DNA of 63,104 nt, filler included, from Octopus bimaculoides (taxonomy: Eukaryota), in the NCBI RefSeq assembly GCF_001194135.2. It is 3 parts of 3 records of this genome, joined end to end, with 100 filler letters (N's around TTAATTAATTAA, not from the genome) between each part and the next. Parts side by side here need not be neighbours in the genome. Positions count along the whole stretch, not along the records: positions 49,434 to 63,104 come from NC_068989.1; 2 more parts are not named here. One strand, written 5' to 3'. The translations under genes and the position numbers were made by a program. Positions 51,441 through 63,104 of the stretch are shown here, one piece after another; position 1 is the first letter of the stretch; the number at the start of each line of letters is the position of its first letter. Below the pieces are notes generated by a model, which worked only from the letters and a program-made list of their open reading frames with translations, did not search any database and had not been told where the DNA came from.

Positions 51441-52096
51441 GTACAGGAAATTCCTATTCCGTCACCGAAGAAATAATGTTGGTTGCATTCACGTAAAAAT
51501 AATTCACTTTTCTGTTTATTATCAAATGACTTTATCAAACAAAGCTGTGCGCTGAAGCTTGCTTTAATTTCCTTCAATTCGGTGCCGAGTGAATGCACGC
51601 GACTTCAGCTTATCTCGCTGCAGTCGGCTTATCAATAAGATCAAAGGTGTTACGAAGATGATGAATAATAAAGCAGGTAGCATAAACAGCAAAGAAAATA
51701 TTTTCATTTCCTTGAGTAAGGCGAGAAAGCAGGCAATAAACTTCCAGCTTTGGTAAATCAACCTGAGGAAAGTATCACATAATAAAGCAAATATTTATAT
51801 ATAAATAATTGTTGCTGTTATAGCTGTTGTTTTGATCTTTAGCCCAAGGCCGGAGCTGGTCGAGCAGACACATGATCGTAGTCGTTCTACTTACGACTTT
51901 CCGGGTTGACGACTTGTTTATTTTTATTTTTTCATGCATTGTGTACTTTGTATTACATTATTAAATATGTCATTTTTAGGATATAAAGACGTGATTTAAG
52001 AGGCCACTCGACTCTCTGTGTACTCATATACATACATACATACACGCACAACTATGCATGTATAAGTACAGATAGGTAGGTAGGTAGGTAGGTAGG

Positions 52097-52132
<36 letters not shown>

Positions 52133-52363
52133 GTTGTAACAAAGATGAAATTGACAGTGATCTTCAAATTCGGAAGTTCGATTTGCTTGCTTTCACAGAT
52201 GGTGAGCAAGCCGAGGCTTCGAAGTCAAAGATTTCATTGTAAAAGTTAAAATATATATATTCGACTAAAAGTATTAAGTAATCATGCAGTTTCATTTTAA
52301 TTTATTTCTAAGTATATCTTGACATAAATAAACATTAATATATATATATGTATGTGTGTTTAT

Positions 52364-52405
<42 letters not shown>

Positions 52406-52406
52406 T

Positions 52407-53018
52407 TTCGGTGCGTAGCGAAGCAATTAGCTGACCCTGATTATAATTATGCTTATAATTATAGAATATTTGTATAATGTTACCAAAAAAAGGTTATTTT
52501 AACGTACCGAACTACTTGGCAAAATTATTAATCATTAATTAATTCATTAATTTTACCCTTTTATTATTATTGAAATATAATTTACTCCCTGATCGAAAAT
52601 TGCAGTTTCTGCGGGATTACTTGTAACACGTGGGTATTCGAGGATAAATACGTGTTCTCATTCGGTTGTATATATTTTTGGAAGTGCTGGTTAAATATCA
52701 GTTATGCGATGATGCTTGACCTCGTACCTATTTAATTCTAACACTCTCAAATCTATATTTGAAATGCTGCACTGATGAGGTGAAATAAGTAAATAAATAT
52801 AACTTTACTTTAATCCCGAAACGCGTATGTAGCTAATCTAAGTCGAGTGGATTCGTTATTTTTTCTCTTTGCTTAGGTAAAAAAAAAGTGTGTTACTGTC
52901 TGGGAGATATTTATGGTAGCGGAATGGTATTTTAACTGCTATTTCTAAATTCGGTGCGTGACGAAGCAATTAGCTGATCCCTGATTATAATTATGCTTAT
53001 AATTATAAAATATTTGTG

Positions 53019-53020
<2 letters not shown>
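52407..53020 (+). mobile_element. Penelope-pLTR/retrozyme-like unit with ~70-bp direct terminal repeats (period 543 bp), in a (TA)n array
   Basis: ttcggtgcgt..cgaagcaattagctga.cctgattataattatgcttataattata.aatatttgt occurs at 52407 and 52950; contains a canonical HHR. Confidence 0.7.
52766..52833 (+). ncRNA. Type I hammerhead ribozyme motif, canonical core
   Basis: Helix I GCTGCA/TGTAGC, CTGATGA, helix II GG..AAGTAAA/TTTACTT..CC, GAAA, palindromic helix III ACGCGT, GUA triplet; predicted cleavage after 52827. Confidence 0.85.
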
Positions 53021-53069
<49 letters not shown>

Positions 53070-53229
53070 GCTAGACTACTCGTGACCTGTTGGGTCACCT
53101 GGAAAGTCTGAGTTTCCCAGCAACGGAGTTTTGTTTCGTGGGGTTTTTTTCTTTTCCAGATTATTTCGCGTGCTTTCAACGAATGTGACGTCGAAATTAT
53201 GCGTAAACGGCTCCTTTCCCCAGAAAAGG

Positions 53230-53348
53230 AAAGATTTGGCTGTTATTTCTTGCACGCCCTGCTACCACGTAGCAGGTATTTTGGCTCCTTTATCGCAAAT
53301 CGCTGTTAGGTGGTAGCAGGGAGTGTTAGAAATAACAGCCAAATCTTT
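53230..53348. mobile_element. Small MITE-like inverted repeat (~39-bp arms)
   Basis: aaagatttggctgttatttct..cac.ccctgctaccac / gtggtagcaggg.gtg..agaaataacagccaaatcttt. Confidence 0.85.
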
Positions 53349-53423
53349 GGAGCTGAGTTACGTTGTATGCACTCACACACATGTACACGCACGCACATGC
53401 GCGCACCTGTATACATACATGTA

Positions 53424-53722
53424 AGCACAGGAGTGGCAGTGTGAAAAACAATTTGTTTCCCAAACAAGCGGTTCGGGGTTCAGTCTTGTGAGTAGATTTG
53501 ATAGACGGAAAGTGAAAGAAGCCTGTTGTATGTGTGCGTGTGATTGCCTCCTCCTATCGCTTGGCAACTGGTGTTGGTGTGTAACTTAGCAATTCGGCAA
53601 AAATAACTGATAGCATGATTACCAGGCTTTAAAAAAAGTACTGGTGTCGATTCGTTTGATTAACATTTTTCAACACTACCCCAGCATGGCCGCAGACTAA
53701 TGACTGAAACAAGTAAAATACA
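53424..53722 (+). mobile_element. SINE family B, diverged
   Basis: caggagtggcagtgtg head; ccccagcatggccgcagactaatgactgaaacaagtaaaa tail. Confidence 0.75.
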
Positions 53723-53761
53723 TTCATATATATATACATGAACATACATACATATAAATGC

Positions 53762-53820
<59 letters not shown>

Positions 53821-53825
<5 letters not shown>

Positions 53826-54148
53826 AGGCGTGGCTGTGTGGTANNNNNNNNNNNNNNNNNNNNNNNNNNNNNNNNNNNNNNNNNNNNNNNNNNNNNNNNN
53901 NNNNNNNNNNNNNNNNNNNNNNNNNNNNNNNNNNNNNNNNNNNNNNNNNNNNNNNNNNNNNNNNNNNNNNNNNNNNNNNNNNNNNNNNNNNNNNNNNNNN
54001 NNNNNNNNNNNNNNNNNNNNNNNNNNNNNNNNNNNNNNNNNNNNNNNNNNNNNNNNNNNNNNNNNNNNNNNNNNNNNNNNNNNNNNNNNNNNNNNNNNNN
54101 NNNNNNNNNNNNNNNNNNNNNNNNNNNNNNNNNNNNNNNNNNNNNNNN

Positions 54149-54193
<45 letters not shown>

Positions 54194-54412
54194 ATATTTA
54201 TACGTATGTCTGTGCTTGTCCGCCCACCATCACATGACAACCGATGCTGGTGTGTTTATGTCCCCATAACTTAGTGGTTCCGCAAAAGAGACTGATAGAA
54301 TAAGTACTAGACTTACAAAGAATAAGTCCTGGGGTCGATTTCTTCGACTAACACTCTTTAAAGTGGTGCTCCAGCATGGCCGCAGTCAAATGACTGAAAC
54401 AAGTATAAGAAT
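53821..54412 (+). mobile_element. SINE family B spanning a gap
   Basis: gcgcaggcgtggctgtgtggta head before the gap; 3' half at 54205-54412. Confidence 0.8.
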
Positions 54413-54901
54413 ATAAATATATATATATACACACACACATACACATATGTATGTATGTATGTATGTATGTATGCGTGTATATATATATATATATGTTTGT
54501 GGATAATAAGTATACATGTACATATGTGTATATGTATGCATAAGCATAGATAGAGAGAGAGAGAGTCACAGTCACTCGCATATATTTTAAACACAGACAC
54601 ACACATGTATATACGTGTGGGTGTGCATTTTTCAATGTTTTCACTGACATAGTAAGCATGACCGACACTGTCAAGAAACATGGATGAAATAACAGTTGCT
54701 TTTAATTATTGACGTAAATAGACATATGTAATTACATGCATAGATACAATTCGTAATCTATGTATTAGAGTATAAACACAAACGCGAAAACTCAACACAA
54801 TGAGTGAAAGCTAACTTGGAGAACTACGTTAAAATGTAATCTAACACAAAGACACGCACACCACACATTTAGATAAAAACTTACATGTACACCTGTGTGC
54901 G

Positions 54902-54932
<31 letters not shown>

Positions 54933-55284
54933 TCGTACATCTTTATAATTTGGCAAGACGGAGTGAAAACTGGCTGAAATTCTAAGTTTTACCAAGCGTG
55001 GAGACTTCTAAAGTATTTTTGTTGGTCATTGATACAAATCATCGATCGATCATTCAAACGTGCTCAAACATGGCACCAACATCTCCATGCTTGATGAGGC
55101 TCAAGAGTTTCAACAGCCTTGCATGTATATATGTATATAGATGTGTGTGTGTGTGTGCGCGCGCGCGGAGGCGTGTGTGTGTATACGTGTGCGTAAGTGA
55201 TATTTGTGTGCGTGCGTGCGTGTGTCAGAGAAAGAGTTATACTTATATACACGTATATGAATAGATATGCGTATTACAAAAATC

Positions 55285-55376
<92 letters not shown>

Positions 55377-55474
55377 TATACATATATATATATACTACAG
55401 ACACTTCACCAGTCCTTTAATACAGTGCCTGTATAGGTGCAGTGTCTATATAGTGTGCCTGTATAGTACCACTG

Positions 55475-56390
55475 TACAAAGGAAAAGGGGATAAATGTGA
55501 AAGTAGGGAGTGCGTTAGAGTGGGTGGTGAGGTGAGTGGTTTGATGTGAAGGTGGGTTAAGACAGGGTTGTGTGATGTCTCTGTGGCTGTTTAATTTAAA
55601 TATGGACAGTGTGGTGAGAGAGGTAAATGCTAGAACCGTTGGTGAAGGAACTCAAATGGTGGGAGAAAATGGAGAGAAATGGCAGGTAAGTCAGTTGTTG
55701 TTTGCTGATGATACAGCACTGGTGGCAGATTTGGAAGAGCAACTGAGAAGAGTGGTGGTAGAGTTTGTAGGAGTGTGTGAGAGGAGGAAACTGAAAGTGA
55801 ATGTAGCTATGAGTAAGGTGATGAGATGTTCGAGAGATGGAATGGCTAGTAGAATGGATGTGAGTATAAATGGTGAGATGTTAGAGGAGGTGCGTCTTTT
55901 TAAGTACCTGGGGTCACATGTGACGGCGGATGGGGGTGTGGCTGGCTGAGGAGGCGGGATACAGAATGAGGGAGGGGTGTAAGATACTTGGAGTTGTGAA
56001 AGGTATGCTCAGAGATAAAAAGTTGAGTATGAAAGCGAAAAGAGATGTGTATGAGGGCGCGATTGTGCCGACAATGTTATCTGGTGCAGAGACGTGGGAG
56101 ATGAGAGAGGTGGAAAGGATGCGACTGGATGTGTTTGAGATGAGATGTCTGAGGGCTATGGTTGGTGTGACACGAATGGACAAGATGAGAGACGAGCAGG
56201 TGTGAGGACGAGCAGGAATGAGAGAAAAACTGACAACCAAATTGGATAGACGAATGTTGAGGTGGTTTGGCCACATGGGGAGGATGGATGAGGAGTGGAT
56301 GGTAAAGAGGGTTATGAAAGCTGAAGAGGTATACGGCAGAACCAGAGGCAGACCTCGGTTTGTATGGATGGATAGAGAGAGGAAAGCTTT
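55475..56390 (+). mobile_element. RTE-clade LINE, RT domain and C-terminus, frameshifted
   Basis: GLRQGCVMSLWLFN..MD, QLLFADDTALVAD, KLKVNVAMSKVM, FKYLGS, LRWFGHMGRM, GRTRGRPRFVW. Confidence 0.92.
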
Positions 56391-56394
56391 GGTG

Positions 56395-58110
56395 GGTGTG
56401 TTTATATATCCTCCTCTGATTTGTGGTATTTGGTGAATGAGGGTGTTTCATGTTGTTTCCCTCATTTGCGTTTGCTGCCGCGAGTTAGGTTCATCCGGAA
56501 TTCTTGACAGGAGATCCAGTTCTTTTGAAGACACCTACATCCACTCCATGTGGGCCTCTCAGACTCTTTTGAAAGGATATTGAAACCCAAGCTGTTGCAG
56601 TATCTGGTCTTGTAGTGGCACCTCGTTGTAATGTTTAGAATTTTCCAGATGTACATCATTGCTTAACTTTACCGCCTTTGTTCTAAGGATTAGAGTCTTT
56701 CAGCCTTTCCCAGTGTCTGATATGCCACATTGAGACGATCTTCTTCGTGTAGCTTCGCTGAATTGTTTCGAGTTTCGTTGTTAATTTCACACTGTGTGGT
56801 GACCATATTTGAGAGCAGTAGTTTAAACGGTTGAGGACAAATGTCCTCCAGAGGACCATCATAATTTCCTATTCTCTTGTTCTGAAAGTTCTAAGGATCC
56901 AACCGGTCAGATGCCTGCATTTTTCTCGCCAACTCAATCATATGCACATGGAAAGATGCATCATTATTCATGTTAATGTCCAGGTCGCGCACTGATTTTG
57001 ATTCAGGGATTGCAATCCCACCTGGGCCAGTGTATCCTGTCCCCATTTCATTCTCGTCCGTGAACTGGTAGCGCAAGGATTAGAATTTTCCAGCATCAAA
57101 CTGCGTGTTACTGTCCTCAGCCCACCTGTATATTGTGTACAACTCTTGTTGCAGGTATTCAACATCTCCAGGCTTCTGTATCCTCTGAGAGACTTTTGTA
57201 TCGTCTGCATAGCCAGCAATGGTGGCTAACTGAGCAGCAGAGGCCATGCCTGAGAAGGCCAATATGACTAGCAGCGGTCCCAAGAGAGTACCCTGTGGGA
57301 CACCACTCATCATTTGCGTTTCCTCGGAGGTAGCCCCGTTGGCTATTACTACTTTAGAAAGTCGTGTAACCACTCTCCAAGTTTACCGACTACGCCCAGA
57401 TAACGCAGCCGTAGTTGACTTTATCAAAGGATTTTGCAAAGTCGAGACACATCACGTCCAGATTTAAGTTTCTCAGCTTTTCCCAGTGGCTGACATGTCA
57501 CAAATATCCGTCAAATTTAACTGATGTAAATAATGTACATAATTCCTCATCTCTCAAATATAGAACCAGATTTAAGTTGTTGAGCTGCTGCTTTAACACC
57601 CAGTCGTAGTGATGTAAGAGCTGTATCAGACAGCATCTACTTGGTCGAAAATCATGCTGGGTGTCATTCTCCTAAAGGAACGCAATTAGTTTCCTTCGGA
57701 GGTCTATAATTTTAGCATCTACTCTGCTTCCTCCTTTATGGACAAGATCATATTATTCCCTCCTTCAATTCGCTTGAGAGTTGACCACTTGCAAGGAAGC
57801 TATGAAGAAGCTGCAGTGGTTTTGTAAGTGCTTGTTTGCATGATTCGAGAAGAATTGCTGAGAATTCATTCAGTGTTACTGTTATCCTCATTGGGTTTCC
57901 CGTAAAGGGACCATCTTTTGGAGAGTTCCAAGGCACAGGGGCAGTTGCTTTGACAAACTTAAAGGAGGCTTTGGGATTTGATTTTATATTTACTATAACC
58001 CAGGCTGCTTTGTCTACTCTCTTTTTCATGGGGACGTTTCAGATCTCCAGTGTTGTTGTTTTCAAGCGGGATTTTTCCATGCCATTGAATTCTCTTTTCA
58101 GGCGGCTTGC
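56395..58110 (-). mobile_element. CR1-group LINE ORF2 fragment (RT to 3' end), decayed
   Basis: GVPQGTLLGPLL, YADDTKV, LDFAKSFD-like, NYRP, IYIWKIL, RYCNSLGF, PDEP. Confidence 0.92.
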
Positions 58111-58164
58111 AAACTTTGTACGCCATCTCATATATACGATGTTTGTATGGATGTGTGTGTATGG

Positions 58165-58245
<81 letters not shown>

Positions 58246-58358
58246 TATGTATTTATAATCTACTCTTTGAAGTAAACAACGGCGTTGTGTATACGCGTGG
58301 GGTGGGGAGAAAGAGAGTGGCTGATATATATGTATATATGTGTGTTTGCATGTGCGTG

Positions 58359-58390
<32 letters not shown>

Positions 58391-58509
58391 CGTGCGTGTA
58401 TGTATGTGTGTGCATGCAAAAATATGTACGTACATATATACTTACATACACATACGCACATGCACATAGAAAGTTAAATAGATTGATAACTACACCGCAA
58501 CTCTAAATA

Positions 58510-58617
58510 TATGCGTGTATGTGCGTATATGTGTATACATGCATTTATATATGTGTATGTGTGTGTGTGTGTGTGTGTGTCTATAATTGTAATTGTACAA
58601 GCAGGAGNNNNNNNNNN

Positions 58618-58676
<59 letters not shown>

Positions 58677-59184
58677 TGTGTATATCTATATATATACGTG
58701 TGTATGTGTGTGTTTGCATGTATATATGTATGTGTGTGTATGTGTATAAGTTAATATATATATATACATATATATGCATATATATACAAAGCTATTTGTG
58801 TATATATATGTGTGTGTATGTATGCATGTGTATATATATATGTATACATCTATGTATATATATACATGTATATATACATGCATATATATATGTATATGTA
58901 TATATATACATATATATGTATATATATGTATATGTGTGTGTGTGTATGTATGTATGTATATATATATACATGTATATATATATGTATGTATATGTATATA
59001 TATATATATGTATGTATATGTATATATATATATATGTATGTATATGTATATATATATATATGTATATATATGTATGTATATGTATATATATATGTATGTA
59101 TATGTATATATATATATATGTATATATATGTATGTATATGTATATATATATGTATGTATATGTATATATATATGTATGTATATG

Positions 59185-59257
<73 letters not shown>

Positions 59258-59385
59258 ATGAATATACTGTTAAATATGTATGCATACACAAACACGACAC
59301 ACACATACATACATGTAGAGAAATGTAAAAGTGTGTGTGTGTGTGTGTGTGTCTGTGTGTATGTGTGTGCGCGTGCGTGTGTAGT
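58510..59385. repeat. Long compound (TA)/(TATG)/(TG) array
   Basis: Direct reading; source of the YIYICMY-type ORFs. Confidence 0.95.
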
Positions 59386-59739
59386 GGCGCCGCTCAGTTT
59401 ATAGACGACTACGTGGGTGATTAATCGTTTATTATCTCCGATTATTTAATTACTTTGGATTCAAGCTACATGTAAGTAAAATGAACTTTTTTTTTTTCTG
59501 TTTTCAGATATGTAAATTTAATCTCCAAAATTCCAATTATGAGGATGCTCTTACTGATAGTCAATTAATGATAAACACTTAATTTAAGACCATTTTAGAA
59601 AAGTTTATTTTCACTTTGATAGTCTTTTTGATAGATTTTCTTCCAAAATAAAACAAAAGCTTATAAATGGTTATTTGACTATATCATCCTTCGATCTGTT
59701 ATGCTGTATGTATATGCGAAAAGTTAGTAATGAGTAAAC

Positions 59740-60075
59740 GGAAAGTCTCCGATGGATAAGCGAAAACGACGAAGAATTGTTCAAATACATATGCTCAAAT
59801 AAACGGTTCGACTCGCAGCTGCTGAGATTGGATGATCAAGACTTGTACTCAACATTTAGTTACGATACGATTTTTAGAAGACATTTTGATAAATGAACCT
59901 TTTGCTCGCCATAAACCAGTTATAAGTACTGCATACAAAGCATTAAGTGAAAATGTAATTTATTTCCGAAGAGAAAGTGTGGTAGGAAGCTATATTTCCA
60001 TAACTGAAAAGGTCGGACAGGGCTGTGACAATAGTTCAATTACTACAGAAACGAGAAAAGTTTTCAGTCATAAAT
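59740..60075 (+). mobile_element. Possible Tc1/Tc3-like transposase N-terminal relic
   Basis: DKRKRRRIVQI..AAEIG, FARHKPVIS and a degenerate (S/T)DEKKF-like end before the gap. Confidence 0.4.
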
Positions 60076-61184
60076 NNNNNNNNNNNNNNNNNNNNNNNNN
60101 NNNNNNNNNNNNNNNNNNNNNNNNNNNNNNNNNNNNNNNNNNNNNNNNNNNNNNNNNNNNNNNNNNNNNNNNNNNNNNNNNNNNNNNNNNNNNNNNNNNN
60201 NNNNNNNNNNNNNNNNNNNNNNNNNNNNNNNNNNNNNNNNNNNNNNNNNNNNNNNNNNNNNNNNNNNNNNNNNNNNNNNNNNNNNNNNNNNNNNNNNNNN
60301 NNNNNNNNNNNNNNNNNNNNNNNNNNNNNNNNNNNNNNNNNNNNNNNNNNNNNNNNNNNNNNNNNNNNNNNNNNNNNNNNNNNNNNNNNNNNNNNNNNNN
60401 NNNNNNNNNNNNNNNNNNNNNNNNNNNNNNNNNNNNNNNNNNNNNNNNNNNNNNNNNNNNNNNNNNNNNNNNNNNNNNNNNNNNNNNNNNNNNNNNNNNN
60501 NNNNNNNNNNNNNNNNNNNNNNNNNNNNNNNNNNNNNNNNNNNNNNNNNNNNNNNNNNNNNNNNNNNNNNNNNNNNNNNNNNNNNNNNNNNNNNNNNNNN
60601 NNNNNNNNNNNNNNNNNNNNNNNNNNNNNNNNNNNNNNNNNNNNNNNNNNNNNNNNNNNNNNNNNNNNNNNNNNNNNNNNNNNNNNNNNNNNNNNNNNNN
60701 NNNNNNNNNNNNNNNNNNNNNNNNNNNNNNNNNNNNNNNNNNNNNNNNNNNNNNNNNNNNNNNNNNNNNNNNNNNNNNNNNNNNNNNNNNNNNNNNNNNN
60801 NNNNNNNNNNNNNNNNNNNNNNNNNNNGTGCAAATGGATAAGAAAGGGTACTTGCAGAAATGGCGAGATAATTTGAAAAAAATAAAAAATTAAGTCAAAA
60901 ATTAACCGTTTGAATAAGGATGCGTTGACGATCTTTCTCGTATAAATAGCCTTGAAAGAGGATAAAAATCAAATGTTCAATGTAGTAATTTGAACAATAA
61001 CGAAATTTCAATGCCATCTGGGAATTTTAAATAAAATAAATTTCCATCCGTCCATCTTCTCCTCCTACTGTTCCTGGGAGGGTTACGGCGGGGTAGAGTC
61101 CCCGGACACTTTTTCCATTGGATCCTAACAAAACAACCGTCATTATATTTTTCGGCTGGATTCCCAAGCATAACCAACTGAGAT

Positions 61185-61504
61185 TGCGGATGTTATCCAA
61201 CCATCTCATTCTTGGTCTACATCCGTATGGGGTCCGTATGGTCCTTGGGGCAATGGGGGTCCGTATGGCCCTTGGGGCAATGGGGGTCCATATAAGATTT
61301 TGTTGTTAAAATTTATCGGCCATATAAATTGGTTATACATCTAAAATACACAAAATGTTTTAATAATTTCTTATACAATTCCTAAAAATATATTTATTTA
61401 TAAAAATATGATTTTTTTTTTAAACATCGAATAGCTAGGATGGTACATCTGAGCAAAATAAGAATCAAAGGGGTCTATCGGTAAAAAACGGTCGAGAAAC
61501 ACTG
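61185..61504 (+). mobile_element. hAT (Charlie-like) non-autonomous element
   Basis: GAGAAACACTG right terminus, ggggtcc motifs and a 27-bp internal tandem duplication (61229-61290); left TIR degenerate. Confidence 0.45.
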
Positions 61505-61559
61505 GTTTGCATCTTGGGCTCCCGTCAGTTGCTTCGGCTTGAAGAATCTGTCTTGCGAT

Positions 61560-62030
61560 TTGCAAGATTTATCAGATAAGATTAATCTGATTAGTATCTC
61601 AGATTTTGGGGGATAAGTTGAGGTAGTAAGAAAATAGTGAAATATAAATGGATTTGATCTCTTCACTGGACTAAATATTGTAAAACAATTTTAATTTTCT
61701 GGAAGGAAATGTAAAAGTTTCCAACTGAAGCCCGTAAGATTGATTCAATAATAACAAGTTACAGGATAACATACAAAATCTGTAACTTACATTAACAATA
61801 GTGCTTATGACTCGTACAACTGCGGCCACGGGAGAGAGAAGCTTTAGTAAATTAAAGCTGATAACGAAATATTTACAGTCGTCCATAGCACAAGACAGAT
61901 TAATTTCTTAGGCAAATCTGTCAATAGAAAATGATATCGTAAAAAGGATATATATAGAAAATGGAGTGAAAATATTTATAGAAGCAAAATGGAAAAGAAT
62001 AAAGAACTGTGTTAGCGAAGGTAATGTATC
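61560..62030 (+). mobile_element. hAT transposase relic, C-terminal dimerisation domain
   Basis: TAATGERSFSKLKLITKYLQSSIAQDRLIS*ANLSIENDI (ERSFS motif) with an in-frame stop. Confidence 0.85.
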
Positions 62031-62561
62031 CATTTTTTAACATGTTTTTTTATATTCATATTCTTACATTTTTTAAAGGAAAATTCGTTACAGTTACTTC
62101 AGCTCAATAGCATACGTCGGATTTCTAAAAGGACACTTCTTCACACCGTCTTTGTAACAAAATATACCGAGAACATTGCCGGTAATGTTGATACAATCTT
62201 TCTCTCGATCTCTATCGCTCTATCCCTATCTCTCTCTCATTCTTTCTCTCTCTCTATCTATCTATCTATCTGTCTGTCTGTCCTCTTTAATTCACATATA
62301 CACACTTTCTATCCCGCTCCTTATATTAGCAAAAGAATTCAAAATATTGAAAGTGTATTTTAAACTGCCATCTTTACCTTGTATAATATTCTAGCAAGCA
62401 TTTAATTCCTACATTTGTAGTTTTCCCTCCTTGTGAAGGAAGGTATTTAAAAACTATGCTTCTGCTTGCAAGAGTACACAAATTTTGCTTGATTGAAGCA
62501 CCGACAAGGCTAAAGACGATCCGATATGCGTACGTGTGTGTGTGTGTGTGTGTGTGTGTGA

Positions 62562-62745
62562 TCTACCCAAATTACAAATTCGGATTTATATCTGTAATTA
62601 TTGGGGTACTGGGATATGTAAACACACTACCAATCTTGAGAAATTAGGCTTCTCAAAACCAGAAAGTTGATTCGAAGACTAGAGATCTAAATCATCACTG
62701 AAACTGTAAAAACTTGTAAAACTTTTCAGAAATTTATCCTTCGAA
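62562..62745 (+). mobile_element. RLE subfamily Y 3' fragment
   Basis: YPNYKFGFISVIIGVLGYV...accaatcttgagaaattaggcttctcaaaaccagaaag matches 22497-22690. Confidence 0.8.
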
Positions 62746-62794
62746 ACGGGTAATGGATAGTCAAAAGCAGTATTGCATCAAAGAAAATACTTTG

Positions 62795-62905
62795 CTGTAT
62801 TTAGTTGTTAGCCTTTACGTTGTAAGTTCAAATCCTGTTGAAATAAACTTTGCCTCTCACCCGTTTGGGGTCAATAAAACAAAGTACGAGTTGAGTACTA
62901 GTTGT
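62795..62905 (+). mobile_element. SINE family A partial
   Basis: tttacgttgtaagttcaaatcc...tttgcctctcacccgtttggggtcaataaaa..gtacgagttgagtact. Confidence 0.65.
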
Positions 62906-62912
62906 CCATACC

Positions 62913-63104
62913 CTCTTTTACTTGTTTCAGTCATTTGACTGCGGCCATGCTGGAGCACCGCCTTTAGTCGAGCAAATCGACCCCGGGACTTATTCTTTGT
63001 AAGCCTAGTACTTATTCTATCGGTCTCTTTTGCCGAACCGCTAGGTGACGGGGACATAAACACACCAGCATCGGTTGTCAAGCAATGCTAGGGGGACAAA
63101 CACA
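62913..63104 (-). mobile_element. SINE family B 3' half, runs off the window
   Basis: Near-identical to 20221-20410. Confidence 0.9.

Noticed and set aside
59472-59507. GTAAGT...TTTTCAG mini-intron
   Set aside because: Only 36 nt, too short for a typical spliceosomal intron; lies next to a transposon relic with no flanking coding frame.
14178-60893. Dozens of long ORFs rich in X, YI, HT, CV or poly-I/L
   Set aside because: They are translations of N-gaps and microsatellites, not genes.

Overview
Eukaryotic, AT-rich, microsatellite-saturated draft-assembly DNA with about 20 N-gaps. The SINE/LINE complement looks octopod (Octopus sp.), an inference from recalled repeat families, not a search. 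I found no recognisable host protein-coding gene, tRNA or rRNA; almost all long ORFs in the track are microsatellite or gap artefacts. The window is a transposon graveyard: RLE-type (R4/Dong-like) LINE fragments of several subfamilies, Tx1/L1, CR1-like and RTE LINE fragments, mariner, maT/DD37D-like, Tc1-like and hAT relics, three tRNA-headed SINE families and several palindromic elements. The main unexplained signal is a set of type I hammerhead ribozyme (HHR) motifs. One fully canonical copy (52766-52833) lies in a 543-bp direct-repeat unit. Three short palindromes (38379-38510, 47902-48151, 50325-50460) that look like MITEs are head-to-head pairs of HHR motifs in opposite polarities, with compensatory base changes. 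Element boundaries are read by eye and approximate unless exact motif coordinates are given.
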